This document shows, piece after piece, positions 18,455 to 29,296 of a DNA stretch of 64,000 nt; positions within the stretch are counted from its first letter, which is position 1; the number at the start of each line of letters is the position of its first letter. Source of the DNA: Stellaceae bacterium (GTDB lineage Bacteria > Pseudomonadota > Alphaproteobacteria > ATCC43930 > CGMCC-115725); contig DATIYL010000013.1 of NCBI GenBank assembly GCA_035517635.1, positions 10,224 to 74,223 of the forward strand, read 5' to 3'. The notes under the pieces were generated by a model. The model was not told where the DNA came from. It ran no database searches and saw only the letters and a list, made by a program, of their open reading frames with translations. The position numbers and the translations under genes are program-made.

Positions 18455-19192
18455 CTATCGATTGCCGGAATGCGCGGGCGAAGGCGCATCTCCGCCGGTC
18501 GAGGTGGCGGGCAGCGCATAGATGTACCCGGCGTTGCGAACCGTCTTGATCCGCTGGTCGAGGTCGCTCGCGGGACCCAGTTTGCGCCGCACTTTGCTGA
18601 CCAAAGTGTCGACATTGCGGTCGGCACCCGCGGTGGAGAGCTGTCTTCCGAAGGCTGCGGCAGAGAGTTCGTCGCGCGGCACGACCCTGCCTGCGTTGCG
18701 CAGGAGATGTTCGAGTAGATTGAATTCTGCGGTCGTGAGCTCGAGCTTTTGGTCGTTCGACCAGGCATTGCGGGATGCGGGATTGAGGCGGATTTCGCCT
18801 ACCGCCACATCGCCGGCCGATGCCGGGCCGGCCATCCCTATGCGCCGCAGCACGGCCCGAATGCGGGCCACCAGCTCCCGCGGATTGACTGGCTTGGCAA
18901 CGTAGTCATCGGCGCCGATCTCCAGGCCGACGATCCTGTCGACATCCTCGCCCCGCGCGGTCAGCATGATGACCGGAACGTTCGATTTCTGCCTGATCTG
19001 CTTCAACACCTCGAATCCCGACAGCGCGGGGAGCATGACGTCGAGAACGACCAGATCGACGCGGTCCAGATCACTGCGCAAACATGACGGGCCATCCGGT
19101 ACCGCCTGCACGGCGAAGCCTTCGAGCTCCAAGAACTCGCGGATCATGTCCGTAAGCTTGACGTCGTCATCCACGAGTAAGATACGCTGCAT
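18455..19192 (-). CDS. OmpR-family response regulator
   Basis: MQRILLVDDD, DLVVLDVMLP, DDYVAKP; winged helix LTTAEFNLLEHL...VRNAGYIY. Start moved to Met 19192. Confidence 0.9.
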   Translation of the reverse strand: MQRILLVDDDVKLTDMIREFLELEGFAVQAVPDGPSCLRSDLDRVDLVVLDVMLPALSGFEVLKQIRQKSNVPVIMLTARGEDVDRIVGLEIGADDYVAKPVNPRELVARIRAVLRRIGMAGPASAGDVAVGEIRLNPASRNAWSNDQKLELTTAEFNLLEHLLRNAGRVVPRDELSAAAFGRQLSTAGADRNVDTLVSKVRRKLGPASDLDQRIKTVRNAGYIYALPATSTGGDAPSPAHSGNR

Positions 19193-19363
19193 CCCCCAAA
19201 CTCCGGCGCCACGAGCTTCGAAGTGAATTTGGATAATACGGGTCCCGATCTTTCGGCGATAGCTCCTTTGAACTGCTGCGAATCTATGGCGCCGTAGCGA
19301 TACTGCCGCTCCGCGGTCGAATGGCTGCATCGCAACCTGACATTTCAGTTCGCGCATGAATTT

Positions 19364-19393
19364 GGAGTTTTGTGGAAAGCCGAGGAGTTTTGT
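19364..19393. repeat. Direct repeat GGAGTTTTGT x2, 20-bp periodicity
   Basis: Exact 10-mers at 19364-19373 and 19384-19393, in the AT-richer leader upstream of the RR operon. Confidence 0.5.
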
Positions 19394-19461
19394 CGCACTC
19401 CCTCGGGCGGAGGTCTCTTCGCCGCGCGCACATCAAATGGCCAAGCAACGCGATCGCCTTT

Positions 19462-19998
19462 TCAGACGCCAGACAGCATGCGCAGCATGACGCGGTCTCG
19501 GTAGATGAAGAGATGGATCAGCGCCGCGCTCACATGGATGCCGGCAATGCCAAGCAGTACCCAGATGAACGTGCCGTGCAGCGCACCGATCGAACGACCG
19601 AGGGAGGAGCCTTCCGCGGCGATTCGCGGTATCGCCAAAGCCCCGAAGGCCGTGATTGTCCATCCGCGCATCGACGCGAAGGCCCATCCCGTGAGCGTGG
19701 TCGCGAGGACCAGCGCGTAGAGTAGCCAATGCACCGCCTCCGCACTGACCCGTTGCCAGGCGGGGAGGCTTCCCTCCGGCGCAACAGGGTGCGTGACGCG
19801 CCAGAGAGAACGCAGCAGCGCGACGAACAGGATGAGGAGGCCGAACGACATGTGCAGGTTCATCGCCTCGCCGGGCTTCATGCCGCGTCGGATGTCAGGC
19901 ATGAGCCAGCCGATCGAATATTGCACCGTCAGCAGCAGAACCGTCGCCCAGTGCAGGAGCCGCGCCGTCCGTCCATAGCCCTGGAGAGCCTGTGCCAC
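19462..19998 (-). CDS. Cytochrome b561 family membrane protein
   Basis: TARLLHWATVLLL start, four TM segments with conserved His (HWLLY, HGTFIW, IHVSAALIH). 13 nt downstream of the HiPIP gene. Confidence 0.75.
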   Translation of the reverse strand: MAQALQGYGRTARLLHWATVLLLTVQYSIGWLMPDIRRGMKPGEAMNLHMSFGLLILFVALLRSLWRVTHPVAPEGSLPAWQRVSAEAVHWLLYALVLATTLTGWAFASMRGWTITAFGALAIPRIAAEGSSLGRSIGALHGTFIWVLLGIAGIHVSAALIHLFIYRDRVMLRMLSGV

Positions 19999-20011
19999 GC
20001 CTCGGCTCCGC

Positions 20012-20308
20012 TCAGCTCGACGGCTTCTTCACATAGACCTTGCACCAACCGGTCGGGCTGATCGTTCCGTCGACGACCTTGCATGAAGAAGGCGCATCGA
20101 ACTGGGAGCAATTGTCGCACTGCTGTGCGCCGTGCGGCGTATCCTGATAGCCGACCAGCTTTTGCGCCGCTTTGGCCTCTGCCGGTCGGCTGATCACCGT
20201 GCTGAACACGGCAATGCCGCCCGCGGCGACGGCGGCATTCCCCAACAGGCACCGGCGAGAAAGTCGATTCGACGGGAGTTTCACTTGCTCTTTCACGGTT
20301 TTCTCCAT
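20012..20308 (-). CDS. High-potential iron-sulfur protein (HiPIP), Tat-exported
   Basis: Twin-arginine LSRRCLLG. Four-Cys pattern CDNCSQFDAPSSCKVVDGTISPTGWCKVY. Confidence 0.8.
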   Translation of the reverse strand: MEKTVKEQVKLPSNRLSRRCLLGNAAVAAGGIAVFSTVISRPAEAKAAQKLVGYQDTPHGAQQCDNCSQFDAPSSCKVVDGTISPTGWCKVYVKKPSS

Positions 20309-20418
20309 CTCAAAAAGGACGGCCTGCGTATCGACCGGCGAGCGGTCTCGATACCCGGCGCCGACGCGTGCCGAGAATGACCGCAGCGACTACGATAGTC
20401 GCCGCGGCCGGGTTTGCG

Positions 20419-20432
20419 TTGACCTGGATCAA
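20419..20432. promoter_or_regulatory. FixK/FNR-type box TTGAC-CTGG-ATCAA
   Basis: Perfect match to TTGAY-N4-RTCAA, centred ~117 nt upstream of the HiPIP ATG in the 168-nt gap after the c4 gene. Confidence 0.45.
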
Positions 20433-20476
20433 ACGGTCCTTGGTGACGCGGCAGCGCTTGCCGCGCCGCGAACCCG

Positions 20477-21145
20477 CTACTGTGCCGCCAAATACGTCGC
20501 GACTTGGGTGATCTCGGCAGGGGTCAGGTTCTTCGAGTTCTCGTGCATGATCTCGTTGGCTCGAGACTGCGATGCGAACGCCGCCAATTGCTCCTCGAGA
20601 TAGCTGCGGTGTTGCCCGGCGAGACGCGGAAAGACTGCTTGACCCTCGGCCTTGTCGCCATGACATCCCTTGCACGCCGGAACGTTCCTGTTCGGGATTC
20701 CCTCTTCGTAGATCTTTTGCCCGTCGGCCATGTCCGCCGGATCGCCGGACGAGCCGACCGCCGGCGTCTGCGCGGAATAAAAGGCAGCGAGGCCTTCGAT
20801 CGTCGGGTCGGTGAGCCGCGCCGCCATGCCCCACATGTAAGTGTGGGCATGGGGATCGGCGCGGGAATGGTCGCGAAACGCCTTGAGCTGGGTCTCGAGA
20901 TACTGCGCCTGCTGCCCCGCGAGGTTCGGGAAAGTCGGCGAGACGCTTCTGCCGTCCATGCCGTGACAGGACGAGCAGACATGTTCCGTGTTTACGACCT
21001 CGGCCTGCGCCGGGGGATTGCTCTTCACGGCGCAGGCCGCCATGAACGCGATCGGCGCCAGAATCGCGGCCGAACATGCACCGCGAACGCACCAGCCCGC
21101 GACCGCTTGCCACCGCACGCCACCGCGTGCCGCTCCTTCGATCAT
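20477..21145 (-). CDS. Dihaem cytochrome c4-type protein (possibly lipid-anchored)
   Basis: Two CXXCH motifs (CSSCHG, CKGCHG), each followed by PNLAGQ/PRLAGQ and a distal Met. SD GGAGAGG precedes ATG 21145. FMAAC is lipobox-like. Confidence 0.8.
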   Translation of the reverse strand: MIEGAARGGVRWQAVAGWCVRGACSAAILAPIAFMAACAVKSNPPAQAEVVNTEHVCSSCHGMDGRSVSPTFPNLAGQQAQYLETQLKAFRDHSRADPHAHTYMWGMAARLTDPTIEGLAAFYSAQTPAVGSSGDPADMADGQKIYEEGIPNRNVPACKGCHGDKAEGQAVFPRLAGQHRSYLEEQLAAFASQSRANEIMHENSKNLTPAEITQVATYLAAQ

Positions 21146-21197
21146 TTTCCTCTCCCGCATTTCCGGATGTCCGCGCCCGAGCCGGCGGCCTGCACGG

Positions 21198-22571
21198 TCA
21201 AAACGCCAGCCAGGCGAACAAGAAGAGCGTGTTGTTGTCGCTGGCATTGTGACCGGCGCCGTCGAAATTGTCGGTGCCGCCATTGACCTGCTGATAGTAG
21301 ACGTATTGCAGGCCGAGCTTCAGGTTGAACCACGGCCACAAGGACGGGCCGCCATGGGCGAAGGGCACATAATCCACTTCGCCGATCCACCCATGCGTGT
21401 TCGGCGAGTTGGTCGCCGAGACCGAGCTGAAGAGGAGCGGATCGCCGCTGCCATCGACATGGAAGTAACCGATGGTCGCGCCGTAGGTCTGGTCGCGCCA
21501 GTAGCTCACCTTGCCTTTGAAGCTGTGCAGATTGTTGTGGCTGTTGGTCGAGGCGCCCTGGGCAAAGGAAGAGGAAAGCGACTGGTTCTCGTTGACGTAG
21601 CTCGATTGCAGCGAAAAACTGTCGCGATCACCCAGCCACTGGTACTGCGTGTCGATGCCGACATCGACGGTGTGGTCGGTGCCGAACCCGGTCACCCGCC
21701 CGGGGCTCAGATTCGCGTAAAGGCCGAACGTGCCGACCTCCCACGAGTTTCGCCCCCATTTCGGCTCGACGCCGAGCCGCCAATAGGGGATGACGCCTTT
21801 GGCGGAGCTTGTCCCGGTCGGGTCGATACCGAGGTTGGTCTGCATGTTCCGCGTCAGCGTTCCGTAGCCGCCGGCTTCGAAATAGACCAACCGGTTCCAA
21901 TAGCCGTAAGCGGTCGCCCCGAGGACCTGCTGGGCGAAACCGCCTTCGATCAGAGTTCCCGTCACGGCCGGCCCCACCACCGGCGACAGCGCGGTCGAGA
22001 CGAAGGGGAAGCTCCAGGCCGGCGTCGAGTTCCAAGGGTCGGTGACCGTCGGGTTGTTGTTGAGCGAGACCCCGTACACGACCTCGTCGCCGTAGACGTT
22101 CGCCGACTGGGCGTAGCGGATGTCGGTGTTGTCCCAGTGGATTTTGTTCGGAACGTTGTCATAGGTGCCCTGGATGAAGGCACCGACATGAGGAGCGATG
22201 GCACCGCCGTAGAACAGGCTCGCGGTCTGGACCATGAAATTGTCGTTGGGACCGAAGCCCGGGTTGGCGCCCGGCTGGCCTTGATTGAAATGGGTGTAGG
22301 ACGGGATCACCATAGCCGCCAGCGGCGGCAGATCCGACTGGCCGCTGGTGAAGGTATAGCCGTTCATCTTGAAGAGCCGGCCGTAGGGCGTCAGCTCGGG
22401 AAAACCGTTATGGCACGCGGCGCATTCCTGGCCGGTCTGCCGCGCATAACTGGGTAAGGCGTGCGCTGCCGGCGATCCCAGGAGCAGCGTGACAATCGCA
22501 ATGGTGGAAAAAGAGACAACCGCAGCCGCCGCCGAGGCGATTCGCCCGGTTTTCCCGTGCTCGCGTCCCAT
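21198..22571 (-). CDS. Cyc2-like fused monohaem cytochrome c / outer-membrane porin
   Basis: Signal peptide ...LLLGSPAAHA|LP. Single CXXCH within ALPSYARQTGQECAACHNGFPELTPYGRLFKMNGYTF. Then ~400 aa of Gly/Tyr/Asn/Thr-rich beta-strand-like sequence ending LFAWLAF. Confidence 0.55.
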   Translation of the reverse strand: MGREHGKTGRIASAAAAVVSFSTIAIVTLLLGSPAAHALPSYARQTGQECAACHNGFPELTPYGRLFKMNGYTFTSGQSDLPPLAAMVIPSYTHFNQGQPGANPGFGPNDNFMVQTASLFYGGAIAPHVGAFIQGTYDNVPNKIHWDNTDIRYAQSANVYGDEVVYGVSLNNNPTVTDPWNSTPAWSFPFVSTALSPVVGPAVTGTLIEGGFAQQVLGATAYGYWNRLVYFEAGGYGTLTRNMQTNLGIDPTGTSSAKGVIPYWRLGVEPKWGRNSWEVGTFGLYANLSPGRVTGFGTDHTVDVGIDTQYQWLGDRDSFSLQSSYVNENQSLSSSFAQGASTNSHNNLHSFKGKVSYWRDQTYGATIGYFHVDGSGDPLLFSSVSATNSPNTHGWIGEVDYVPFAHGGPSLWPWFNLKLGLQYVYYQQVNGGTDNFDGAGHNASDNNTLFLFAWLAF

Positions 22572-22846
22572 AACCAGATTCCCCCGGACGTCCCATCCCC
22601 CCTCAAGGACGGTGCGCCCCGACACCTCGCCCGACTGTTGTGATCCCTCTTTCTCGTTGGCGAGGCACTAGGAAGCTACCAGACGTTACGCGCATTTTCC
22701 ACCATGGAAACTATTGCTCCAGGCTTCAAGCCTCGGGGTTTCATTGGCCTCTCACCAAGTGCCGAAAATTCGAAAACGGGCTCCGCCGATCGCCAGCGAG
22801 ATCGCTCCCTGCGGTAACCGCTTTGGGAAGACCGCCATGATTGTCG

Positions 22847-22860
22847 TTGACCTGAGTCAT
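22847..22860. promoter_or_regulatory. Near-consensus FixK/FNR half-palindrome TTGAC-CTGA-GTCAT
   Basis: One mismatch to TTGAY-N4-RTCAA. It lies in the divergent region between the Cyc2-like gene and the P-type ATPase. Confidence 0.25.
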
Positions 22861-22915
22861 GGCGCGACGTTGGCCCGGGCGACAGCCTCACGGAACCGGA
22901 CAGCGCGAGCACGAC

Positions 22916-25462
<2,547 letters not shown>

Positions 25463-25470
25463 GCCGCCGC

Positions 25471-26532
25471 TCAACCTCGCGCCGGCTGCGCTTGCGCGAC
25501 GCGATCCAGCGCCTCGGAGCGGTGGCCTTTCTGGTGGAAGTAGTTGGCGCGGTAGAAGGCGAGCACGAGATCGCGATAGACGGCGGGCGGGTAGCGCGCG
25601 GGATTGCCCGGGCCGGTGCAGCTCGGCAGGCATTCGATCACCCGGTCCGGGTTCGGGCTGTGGAAATAGGCGAGGGAATAGCGGTCGGTGCCGCTGTCGT
25701 TGAGCACGCCATGCGGCGTCGAGAGAAAGCGATCGTTCGACCAGCGCCGCATCATATTGCCGAGATTGACCAGGAAGGTGCCGGGGATGAGCGGCGGCGC
25801 GAGCCATTCGCCCGACGGCAGGCGCACGGCGAGGCCCGGCACCTCGTTGCGCGCCAGCACCGTCATGAAGCTGTTGTCGGTGTGCGGCGCCTGGCCGAAG
25901 AGATTGTCCTCGGCCGCGAGCTGCGGTGGGTAGTGCAAGAGGCGCAAGGTGATGTGCGCCTCGTCGGCAAAATAGGGCGCGAAGTGGTCCGGCGGCAGGT
26001 CGAGCGCCACGGCGAAGGCCGGCAGCATGCGGTCGCACAGCGCCGCCATCGCCTTCATATAGGCGATGGCATCCTCGCGGAATCCGGGCAGCCCTTCCGG
26101 CCACTGGTTGCGGCCGCGCAAGGGCTTGCCGGCGATGACATCGGGATGATCGGCGCCGCGGTCACGGCTGACGAAGAAGCTCTCATTTTGATTGGGCCGC
26201 GTCGCCTTGTGCACGGTGGAGGCGCCCTGCACCGAAGCGTTGGTCGGGAGATAGCCGATATTGTTCTCGTTGAGGCGCAGCGCCAGCTTCTGCTCCAGCG
26301 GCAGCGCGTGAAAGCGGCGCGACGCGGCAAAGGCCCGCTCGACCAGCGCCTCGGGCACGCCGTGATTGCGGATATAGAAGAAGCCGACGCTCTCGCAGGC
26401 CGCGCGCACTTGACCCGCCAGCCGCTCGAGCGCACCGCTTTCGCCGGCAAAGCAGGGGCCGTAATCGAGCACCGGGATGGCCGCCACCGCGGCCTCGGGA
26501 TCGCTCACCGCATGTTGCTTGAAGAGGTGCAT
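25471..26532 (-). CDS. 2-oxoglutarate/Fe(II)-dependent oxygenase (isopenicillin N synthase-like)
   Basis: GFFYIRNHGVP; facial triad HTDNSF...STPHGV; RYSLAYF. 353 aa from MHLFKQH (ATG 26532). The track ORF is over-extended. Confidence 0.85.
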   Translation of the reverse strand: MHLFKQHAVSDPEAAVAAIPVLDYGPCFAGESGALERLAGQVRAACESVGFFYIRNHGVPEALVERAFAASRRFHALPLEQKLALRLNENNIGYLPTNASVQGASTVHKATRPNQNESFFVSRDRGADHPDVIAGKPLRGRNQWPEGLPGFREDAIAYMKAMAALCDRMLPAFAVALDLPPDHFAPYFADEAHITLRLLHYPPQLAAEDNLFGQAPHTDNSFMTVLARNEVPGLAVRLPSGEWLAPPLIPGTFLVNLGNMMRRWSNDRFLSTPHGVLNDSGTDRYSLAYFHSPNPDRVIECLPSCTGPGNPARYPPAVYRDLVLAFYRANYFHQKGHRSEALDRVAQAQPARG

Positions 26533-26555
26533 CGCCGCCTCCTGTCGCTCGGACT

Positions 26556-27983
26556 TTAGACCGCCGGCCGCTCGCGGATTTCCGCCGCCACTTTGCGCGG
26601 CAGGAACATGCCATGGCCGGGATCGCCGCGGAACTCGCCGTTCTCGACGACGATCTTGCCGCGCAGCATGGTCAGCGACGGCCAGGCCGCGACCTCCCGC
26701 CCCTCCCAGGGCGTGTAGTCGGCCTCGTGCAGCGCCGCCGCGGTGAGCGTGCGCCGCCGCCGCGGATCGAGCAGCACGATATCGGCGTCCGAGCCGACGG
26801 CGAGCGCGCCCTTGCGCGGATAGAGACCGAGGATCTTGGCAGCGTTGGTGGAGACGAGGCCGACGAATTCGGGCAGCGTGTAGCCGCGCTTCTCCACCGT
26901 CTCGGTATAGATGAGCGCCAGGCGCGGCTCGACGCCGGCATTGCCGCCGGTAACGTCGTCGATGCGCCGGCCTTGCAGCTTCACCTTCAAGGGGCAGCAG
27001 ATCTCGTCGGTGGCGACGCATTGGATGGCGCCGCCATGCGTCGCCGCCCACAGCGCCGCGCGATCCTCGGCGAATTTGAGCGAAGGATAGGTGTGGTACA
27101 TCTGCCCGCCGGGCTTCTTGTAGTCCTCGGCGCCGTAGAGCAGGTATTGGTGCAGCGTCTCGCCATAGATCGGCACGCCGCGCCCGCGCGCTTCGGCGAT
27201 GGCGCGGACGCCGGTCGCGGCCGAAGTGTGCATCATGTAGAGCGCGGCGCCCGGGATGTTCGAGGCGAGGCGAATGACGCGGTTGAAGGAGAGGTCCTCC
27301 GACAGCGTGTTGTGCACCTCGGCCATGTTCTCGAAGCCGGTGCGGTCCTCGCGCATCAGCTTCTCGTACATGTGCATGACGATGTCGTTGTCCTCGGCAT
27401 GGATGACGGCGATGCCGCCTTTGGCCGAGGTCACCTTGAGGATCTCCCAGATATCGCCGAAGCCGATCATCCGGCCGCGCCGGCTCGGCGTGATGTCGGT
27501 GGTGAAGATCTTGACGCTGGCATGGCCCTCTCCGATCGCTTCGCCGAGCTCGCCCAGGATCTCGGGCGGGACCTTGCCTTGCAGCATCAGGTGGAAGCCG
27601 TAATCGCAGCAGCAGGCGCCGGCCCATTCCTGGCGCCGGCGCGCAATCGCCTGCTCGAGCCGCTCGCCGGGGTTCCACAGGGCGAAATCGATGATCGTGG
27701 TCGTGCCGCCATGGAGCGCAGCGCGGCTCACCTGCTCGGGCGGGCCGCTCAGGGTCGGCGATTGCCCCGGCACGGGGATCGGCCAGGAGCAATGCACATG
27801 CGGATCGATGCCGCCGGGAAGCACGAGCTGGCCCGCGGCATCGATGGTGCGCGCCGCGCCGAGCGCGGCCAGCGCGCCCGGGCCGGCAATGGCGGCGATG
27901 CGCCCTCCGGCGATGCCGAGATCGGCGGGTTCGGCGCCGGACGGCAGCACCGCGGTGCCGCCGGTGATGATCAGGTCAAGCAT
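26556..27983 (-). CDS. Cyclic amidohydrolase (D-hydantoinase/dihydropyrimidinase family)
   Basis: MLDLIITGG...PGGIDPHVHC metal motif, VKIF carbamyl-Lys context, IHAED, ATDE. 475 aa from ATG 27983. Confidence 0.8.
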   Translation of the reverse strand: MLDLIITGGTAVLPSGAEPADLGIAGGRIAAIAGPGALAALGAARTIDAAGQLVLPGGIDPHVHCSWPIPVPGQSPTLSGPPEQVSRAALHGGTTTIIDFALWNPGERLEQAIARRRQEWAGACCCDYGFHLMLQGKVPPEILGELGEAIGEGHASVKIFTTDITPSRRGRMIGFGDIWEILKVTSAKGGIAVIHAEDNDIVMHMYEKLMREDRTGFENMAEVHNTLSEDLSFNRVIRLASNIPGAALYMMHTSAATGVRAIAEARGRGVPIYGETLHQYLLYGAEDYKKPGGQMYHTYPSLKFAEDRAALWAATHGGAIQCVATDEICCPLKVKLQGRRIDDVTGGNAGVEPRLALIYTETVEKRGYTLPEFVGLVSTNAAKILGLYPRKGALAVGSDADIVLLDPRRRRTLTAAALHEADYTPWEGREVAAWPSLTMLRGKIVVENGEFRGDPGHGMFLPRKVAAEIRERPAV

Positions 27984-28975
27984 GCCTCTTCCCCCTCGGT
28001 ATGATCTTCGTTCGCCGGTGCCGCAGCGGCAAAAGCAAAGCGCGCCAGAATCTCGTCTCGCACGATGCCGTGCACGATGAATTGCAGCCGGCTGCGCCGG
28101 TCGTCGTCGGGCCAGCGCTCGAGCCAGACCGGCGGATAGAGCGCGTGCTGCGCCCCCTGGATGAAGGCGGGCCAGTCGGGCCGGTCGCTGAAGCAGAGGA
28201 TGCCCTTGACGCGCAGCAGCGCTTCGCCGCGCTCGCGCGCGAGCCCACCCAGCGCGCGGGCGAAATCGAGCCGCGAGCAGGGACCGTGCAGCAGCACGGC
28301 ATGGCTCTCGATACCGTGCGTGTGATGGCCGGACGGCGCCGCAGCGGGAAGCGCCGGCCGCGCGCCGAGCGGTGGTCCGAAGAGGAGCGCGCCGATATCG
28401 TCGGGAGCAGCCGCAAGGCGCCGCGCGGCCGCGGGGTTGAGCGCGGCGAGCATGGCGCGCAAGCCGGCATCGCCGGGCGCCAGATCCGTCTTGGTCAGCA
28501 CCAGGTGGTCGGCGATCGCGACCTGCCGCGCCGCCTCGACATAGCGCGCGAGGATCGCCGCACCGGAGACGGCATCGACCGTGGCGGTGACGGAGCCGAG
28601 CTGGAGCTGCATTTCGAGCAGCGCGTCGGCGCCGAGGGTGAACAGGATCGGCGCCGGATCGGCGAGCCCGGTCGTCTCGATGGCGATGCGGCGGAACGGC
28701 GGCAGGAGACCGGCGTCGCGGCGCTCGAGCAGGCGCCGCAGGCTCAGCGCGAGGTCCTCGCGGATGGCGCAACAGAGACACCCGCCCGGCAGCTCCAGCA
28801 CCGGGCCGTCGACGGTGTCGACGAGGTAGTGGTCGAGCCCGATCTCGCCGAGCTCGTTGATCAGCACCGCGGTATCCGTCCAGGCGCCGCCGGCCAGCGC
28901 CCGCCTGAGCAGGCTGGTCTTGCCGCTGCCGAGAAAGCCGGTCAGCAGCGCCACCGGCAGCCTCGCCTCCGCCAT
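27971..28975 (-). CDS. COG0523 (CobW/YjiA/ZigA-type) G3E GTPase metallochaperone
   Basis: P-loop LTGFLGSGKTSLL, metal motif GGCLCCAIRED, LTKTD. ATG 28975. The 3' end overlaps the hydantoinase start by 13 nt. Confidence 0.8.
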   Translation of the reverse strand: MAEARLPVALLTGFLGSGKTSLLRRALAGGAWTDTAVLINELGEIGLDHYLVDTVDGPVLELPGGCLCCAIREDLALSLRRLLERRDAGLLPPFRRIAIETTGLADPAPILFTLGADALLEMQLQLGSVTATVDAVSGAAILARYVEAARQVAIADHLVLTKTDLAPGDAGLRAMLAALNPAAARRLAAAPDDIGALLFGPPLGARPALPAAAPSGHHTHGIESHAVLLHGPCSRLDFARALGGLARERGEALLRVKGILCFSDRPDWPAFIQGAQHALYPPVWLERWPDDDRRSRLQFIVHGIVRDEILARFAFAAAAPANEDHTEGEEACLT

Positions 28976-29110
28976 GCGGGCCTCCTCGTGCGATCCTCCC
29001 ACCGGGGCCGGCGCGCGGCAAGCGTCCCCTCGCCCGCAAGCGGGAGAGGGGGCGATTTGCAGGCTGGCGAAAGAATCGCTTATCCTCGGCGAGGCGCAGG
29101 AGAATCCGCC

Positions 29111-29296
29111 ATGACGACAGCTTCGCTCCGCGAAATGGCCCATGCCCTTGGGCTCGACCGCCTGACCGACGCGCATCTGGCGCAGTTCGGACACGCGCTC
29201 GAGATCGTTGCGCAGCACGTGCAGCGCCTGCCGCGCGACCTGCCGCCGTCGCGCGAGATGGCGCTGATTTTCCGCGCCAAGGGCACCGCGTCATGA
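29111..29296 (+). CDS. AtzG/GatC-like small amidase partner (DUF4089-type)
   Basis: 61 aa. SD AGGAGA at 29098-29103. TGA overlaps the amidase ATG (ATGA at 29293-29296). The pattern ALGL...H...F...A..V...P..L...E.A.IFR recalls AtzG. Confidence 0.45.
   Translation: MTTASLREMAHALGLDRLTDAHLAQFGHALEIVAQHVQRLPRDLPPSREMALIFRAKGTAS

Noticed and set aside
20988-22457. 489-aa plus-strand ORF
   Set aside because: It is antisense to the Cyc2-like gene and has no motifs, whereas the minus strand has a signal peptide, CXXCH and a terminal Phe.
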